A stretch of DNA of 64,000 nucleotides from Trueperaceae bacterium (GTDB lineage: Bacteria > Deinococcota > Deinococci > Deinococcales > Trueperaceae): positions 2,240,001-2,304,000 of the forward strand of contig OZ243956.1 in NCBI GenBank assembly GCA_965214405.1. Direction: 5' to 3'. Positions 61,451 through 64,000 of the stretch are shown in pieces. Numbering within the stretch: the first letter of the stretch is position 1; each line of letters opens with the position of its first letter. The position numbers and the translations under genes were made by a program. The notes under the pieces are model-generated. The model ran no database searches, had not been told where the DNA came from, and was given only the letters and a program-made list of their open reading frames with translations.

Positions 61451-62248
61451 ATGCCAAAGGACCAGACAATTTTGGGTATCGACATCGGCGGCTCGGGCAT
61501 TAAAGCTGCCCCTGTAGACGTTGACAAGGGCCAACTCGCCAAGGAACGCAACCGTATCAAGACGCCTCAACCGTCGCACCCGGAGGCGGTGGCGAAGGTG
61601 GTCGCCAAACTCGTAAAGCACTTTGACTATGAAGGGCCGGTGGGCTGCACCTTCCCGGCGGTGGTGCGGCGCGGGGTCACCTTGTCGGCGGCGAACGTGG
61701 ACAAAGCTTGGATTGGCAAGGACGCCGCCGCGCTTTTTACGGAGGCAACGGGAAGGTCCTTCGTGGTGCTCAACGACGCCGACGCCGCCGGGGTCGCCGA
61801 GATGAAATTCGGCGCGGGTCGGGAGGCGGAGGGCGTGGTGTTCGTGCTCACCTTTGGCACGGGCATCGGCAGCGCACTTTTTATGGACGGAAAGCTCGTG
61901 CCCAACACCGAGCTGGGCCACTTGGAACTCGACGGGCGGGAGGTCGAACCCTGGGCCGCGGACCGGGCGCGCAAGGATGAAGATTTGAGTTGGAAAAAGT
62001 GGGCAAAAAGGGTGAATACGTATCTCGAGCACTTAGAGTTCCTCTTCTCCCCCGATCTGTTCATCTTAGGCGGCGGCGTGAGCAAAAAGAGCGATAAATT
62101 TCTGCCCTACCTGAATACCAAAAGCCCTGTCGTCCCCGCGGAACTTTTGAACGAAGCGGGCATCGTGGGTGCGGCGCTCGTCGCCAAAGACCATGCCAAA
62201 GAAGACTATGCCAAAGAAGACCCCGCCAAAGAGCACGCGCAACCCTGA
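61451..62248 (+). CDS. ppgK: Polyphosphate glucokinase (ROK family)
   Basis: [39 protein letters not shown]. Confidence 0.92.
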   Translation: MPKDQTILGIDIGGSGIKAAPVDVDKGQLAKERNRIKTPQPSHPEAVAKVVAKLVKHFDYEGPVGCTFPAVVRRGVTLSAANVDKAWIGKDAAALFTEATGRSFVVLNDADAAGVAEMKFGAGREAEGVVFVLTFGTGIGSALFMDGKLVPNTELGHLELDGREVEPWAADRARKDEDLSWKKWAKRVNTYLEHLEFLFSPDLFILGGGVSKKSDKFLPYLNTKSPVVPAELLNEAGIVGAALVAKDHAKEDYAKEDPAKEHAQP

Positions 62249-62314
62249 CGACGCCTGCTGAGGTGTGACATAGTGTCTGTAGTTTGACGGGGCGGGTGGC
62301 GGTAAAGGAGCGTG

Positions 62315-62689
62315 ATGCCAAAACTCACGGTTGACGGAAAAACGGAGTCGTTCAGCGCGGACAAGCGCCTGGTTCTAGCCATCGAGGAGATGGGCGTGTC
62401 TATCGGCCACCGTTGCGGCGGTAAGGGCAGATGCACCACCTGCCGCGTGGAATTTGTTTCAGGCGAGCCCGAGCGGATGACGCAAGCCGAGTACGACCTG
62501 CTCAAAAGCAAAGACCTGTTGGGCCAGGTGCGCCTGTCTTGCCAACTCCTCTGCGACGAGGAGATGGAACTGCGCGCCGTGATGACCCTGGAAGCGATGG
62601 AAGCCTGGACCGACACCGGCCCCGAGCCGAGCGCCGCCATCGAGCCCACCCCGGAGTGGCACGACAAAGCGGCGTTGATGAAAAGCTAA
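62315..62689 (+). CDS. 2Fe-2S ferredoxin-like protein
   Basis: HRCGGKGRCTTC, RLSCQ. Confidence 0.88.
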   Translation: MPKLTVDGKTESFSADKRLVLAIEEMGVSIGHRCGGKGRCTTCRVEFVSGEPERMTQAEYDLLKSKDLLGQVRLSCQLLCDEEMELRAVMTLEAMEAWTDTGPEPSAAIEPTPEWHDKAALMKS

Positions 62690-62782
62690 GGTCGAAGCTC
62701 CTTCTTTGAGAATGGGGAGGTTTTGCCTCCTCATCCCCCTATCTCTTCACTCCTTATCTCACTAAAGCCGGAGACTCCCGTT

Positions 62783-63976
62783 ATGCTCGAGCCCGCCACG
62801 CGCGTCGCCAATCTCTACGAATCCACCATCCGCGGCATCACGATTCACGCGCTCTCCCGCGGGGCCATCAATCTGGGGCAAGGCTCGCCCGACTTCGACC
62901 CGCCGGAGGCGCTTTTAGAGGCCGCCGTCGCCGCGCTCCGGGGCGGCTGGAACCAGTACGTGCCGACCTGGGGTTTGCCCGAGTTGCGCCGCGCCATCTC
63001 CAACAAAACCGAACGCTTTTATGGCTTCACCCCCGACCCCGACACCGAGGTAACGGTCACCTGCGGCGTGACGGAGGCGGTCATCAGCGCGCTCGTGGGG
63101 GTGGTGGACCCTGGCGACAAGGTGGTCATTCTCGAGCCCGCCCACGAGAACTACCACGCGGGCGTCGTGTTCGCGGGCGCGGAGGCCCTGTGGGTGCCCA
63201 TCCGCCCGCCCGATTTTCGCTTCGACCCGGACGAACTGCGCGCGGCCTTTGAGACGCCGGGCGTCAAGGCGGTGATTTTCAACACGCCCCACAACCCGAG
63301 CGGGCGCGTGTTTCGGCGTGAAGAGTTACAAATGATTGCGGACTTGTGCAACGAATTCGACGTTATCGCCATCTCCGACGAGATTTATGAGCACATGGTC
63401 TATGACGGCTTAGAGCACATCCCCATCGCCACGCTGCCCGGCATGGGTGAACGCACCATCACCATCAGCGGTTTGTCCAAGTCTTACTCGGTCACGGGCT
63501 GGCGCGTGGGGTACGCGGTTGCCTCGGCGCGGCTCACGGGGGCGCTGCGCAAAATCCACGACTTCACGACCATCTGCGCGCCCGCGCCCCTGCAAAAGGC
63601 GGCGGTCACCGCGGTGAGTTTGGGGCCAGATTATTACGACTGGCTCAGGCGCTATTACTTAGGGCGCCGCGAACGGATGATGCGGATTTTGGACGAGGCG
63701 GGCTTTTTGGCTCCCACGCCCGAGGGCGCTTACTACACGCTGGCCGACTTTCGCCCGGTGGCCGAGGCATTGGGCTTAAGTGACGACGACGAGGCTTTTA
63801 CTTACTGGCTGATTGACACCATCGGCATCGGGACGGTGCCGGGTTCATCCTTTTACCGCAGCGACCCCACGTTAGGCCGGGGCCGCGTCCGTTTTGCGTT
63901 TCCCAAACGCGACGAAACGCTGGATATGGTGGAGGAGCGGTTTGGTAAGCTCAAGACGCTTCAGGGTGCGGGGTAA
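62783..63976 (+). CDS. Class I/II PLP aminotransferase
   Basis: INLGQG.PD, NTPHNPSG, SDEIY, SKSYSVTGWRVG. Confidence 0.92.
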   Translation: MLEPATRVANLYESTIRGITIHALSRGAINLGQGSPDFDPPEALLEAAVAALRGGWNQYVPTWGLPELRRAISNKTERFYGFTPDPDTEVTVTCGVTEAVISALVGVVDPGDKVVILEPAHENYHAGVVFAGAEALWVPIRPPDFRFDPDELRAAFETPGVKAVIFNTPHNPSGRVFRREELQMIADLCNEFDVIAISDEIYEHMVYDGLEHIPIATLPGMGERTITISGLSKSYSVTGWRVGYAVASARLTGALRKIHDFTTICAPAPLQKAAVTAVSLGPDYYDWLRRYYLGRRERMMRILDEAGFLAPTPEGAYYTLADFRPVAEALGLSDDDEAFTYWLIDTIGIGTVPGSSFYRSDPTLGRGRVRFAFPKRDETLDMVEERFGKLKTLQGAG

Positions 63977-64000
63977 CACGGGCCTGACAGGGCCTCGGTA

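Noticed and set aside
62183..62240. 15-bp GCCAAAGAAGAC-type repeats at the ppgK 3' end
   Set aside because: A simple in-frame slippage expansion giving an AKED tail; no evidence of function.

Overview
GC-rich bacterial chromosomal window, most consistent with a Deinococcota (Trueperaceae-like) genome. The inference rests on the yqeG-pilF/pilB-pilT synteny, leaderless TANNNT-N5-7-ATG starts and protein styles. Housekeeping genes include obgE, rpmA, rplU, rplS, recA, pdxH, ppgK, tRNA-Ala and a CAT-anticodon tRNA. The window also holds type IV pilus ATPases, two LEA-like stress proteins, a pepF/M20/peptide-ABC block, two apparently identical IS5 copies and one ISAs1. A complete reductive pyrimidine catabolism cluster (ureidopropionase, preT, preA, hydA, ABC transporter, class III aminotransferase) is riddled with inserted accessory genes. 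Three things stand out. (1) A 43-aa secreted propeptide carrying a twice-repeated AGLEHR hexapeptide lies divergent from a cytoplasmic TPR + winged-helix regulator and upstream of an HD-GYP gene; this is a candidate undescribed peptide quorum-sensing system. (2) An aac(3)-I-like gene has a canonical integron attC site and a matching 5' core site, but no integrase is present. (3) Two DUF29 genes are interleaved with decayed copies of the preT 3' end. All calls come from reading motifs by eye; no database searches were run.
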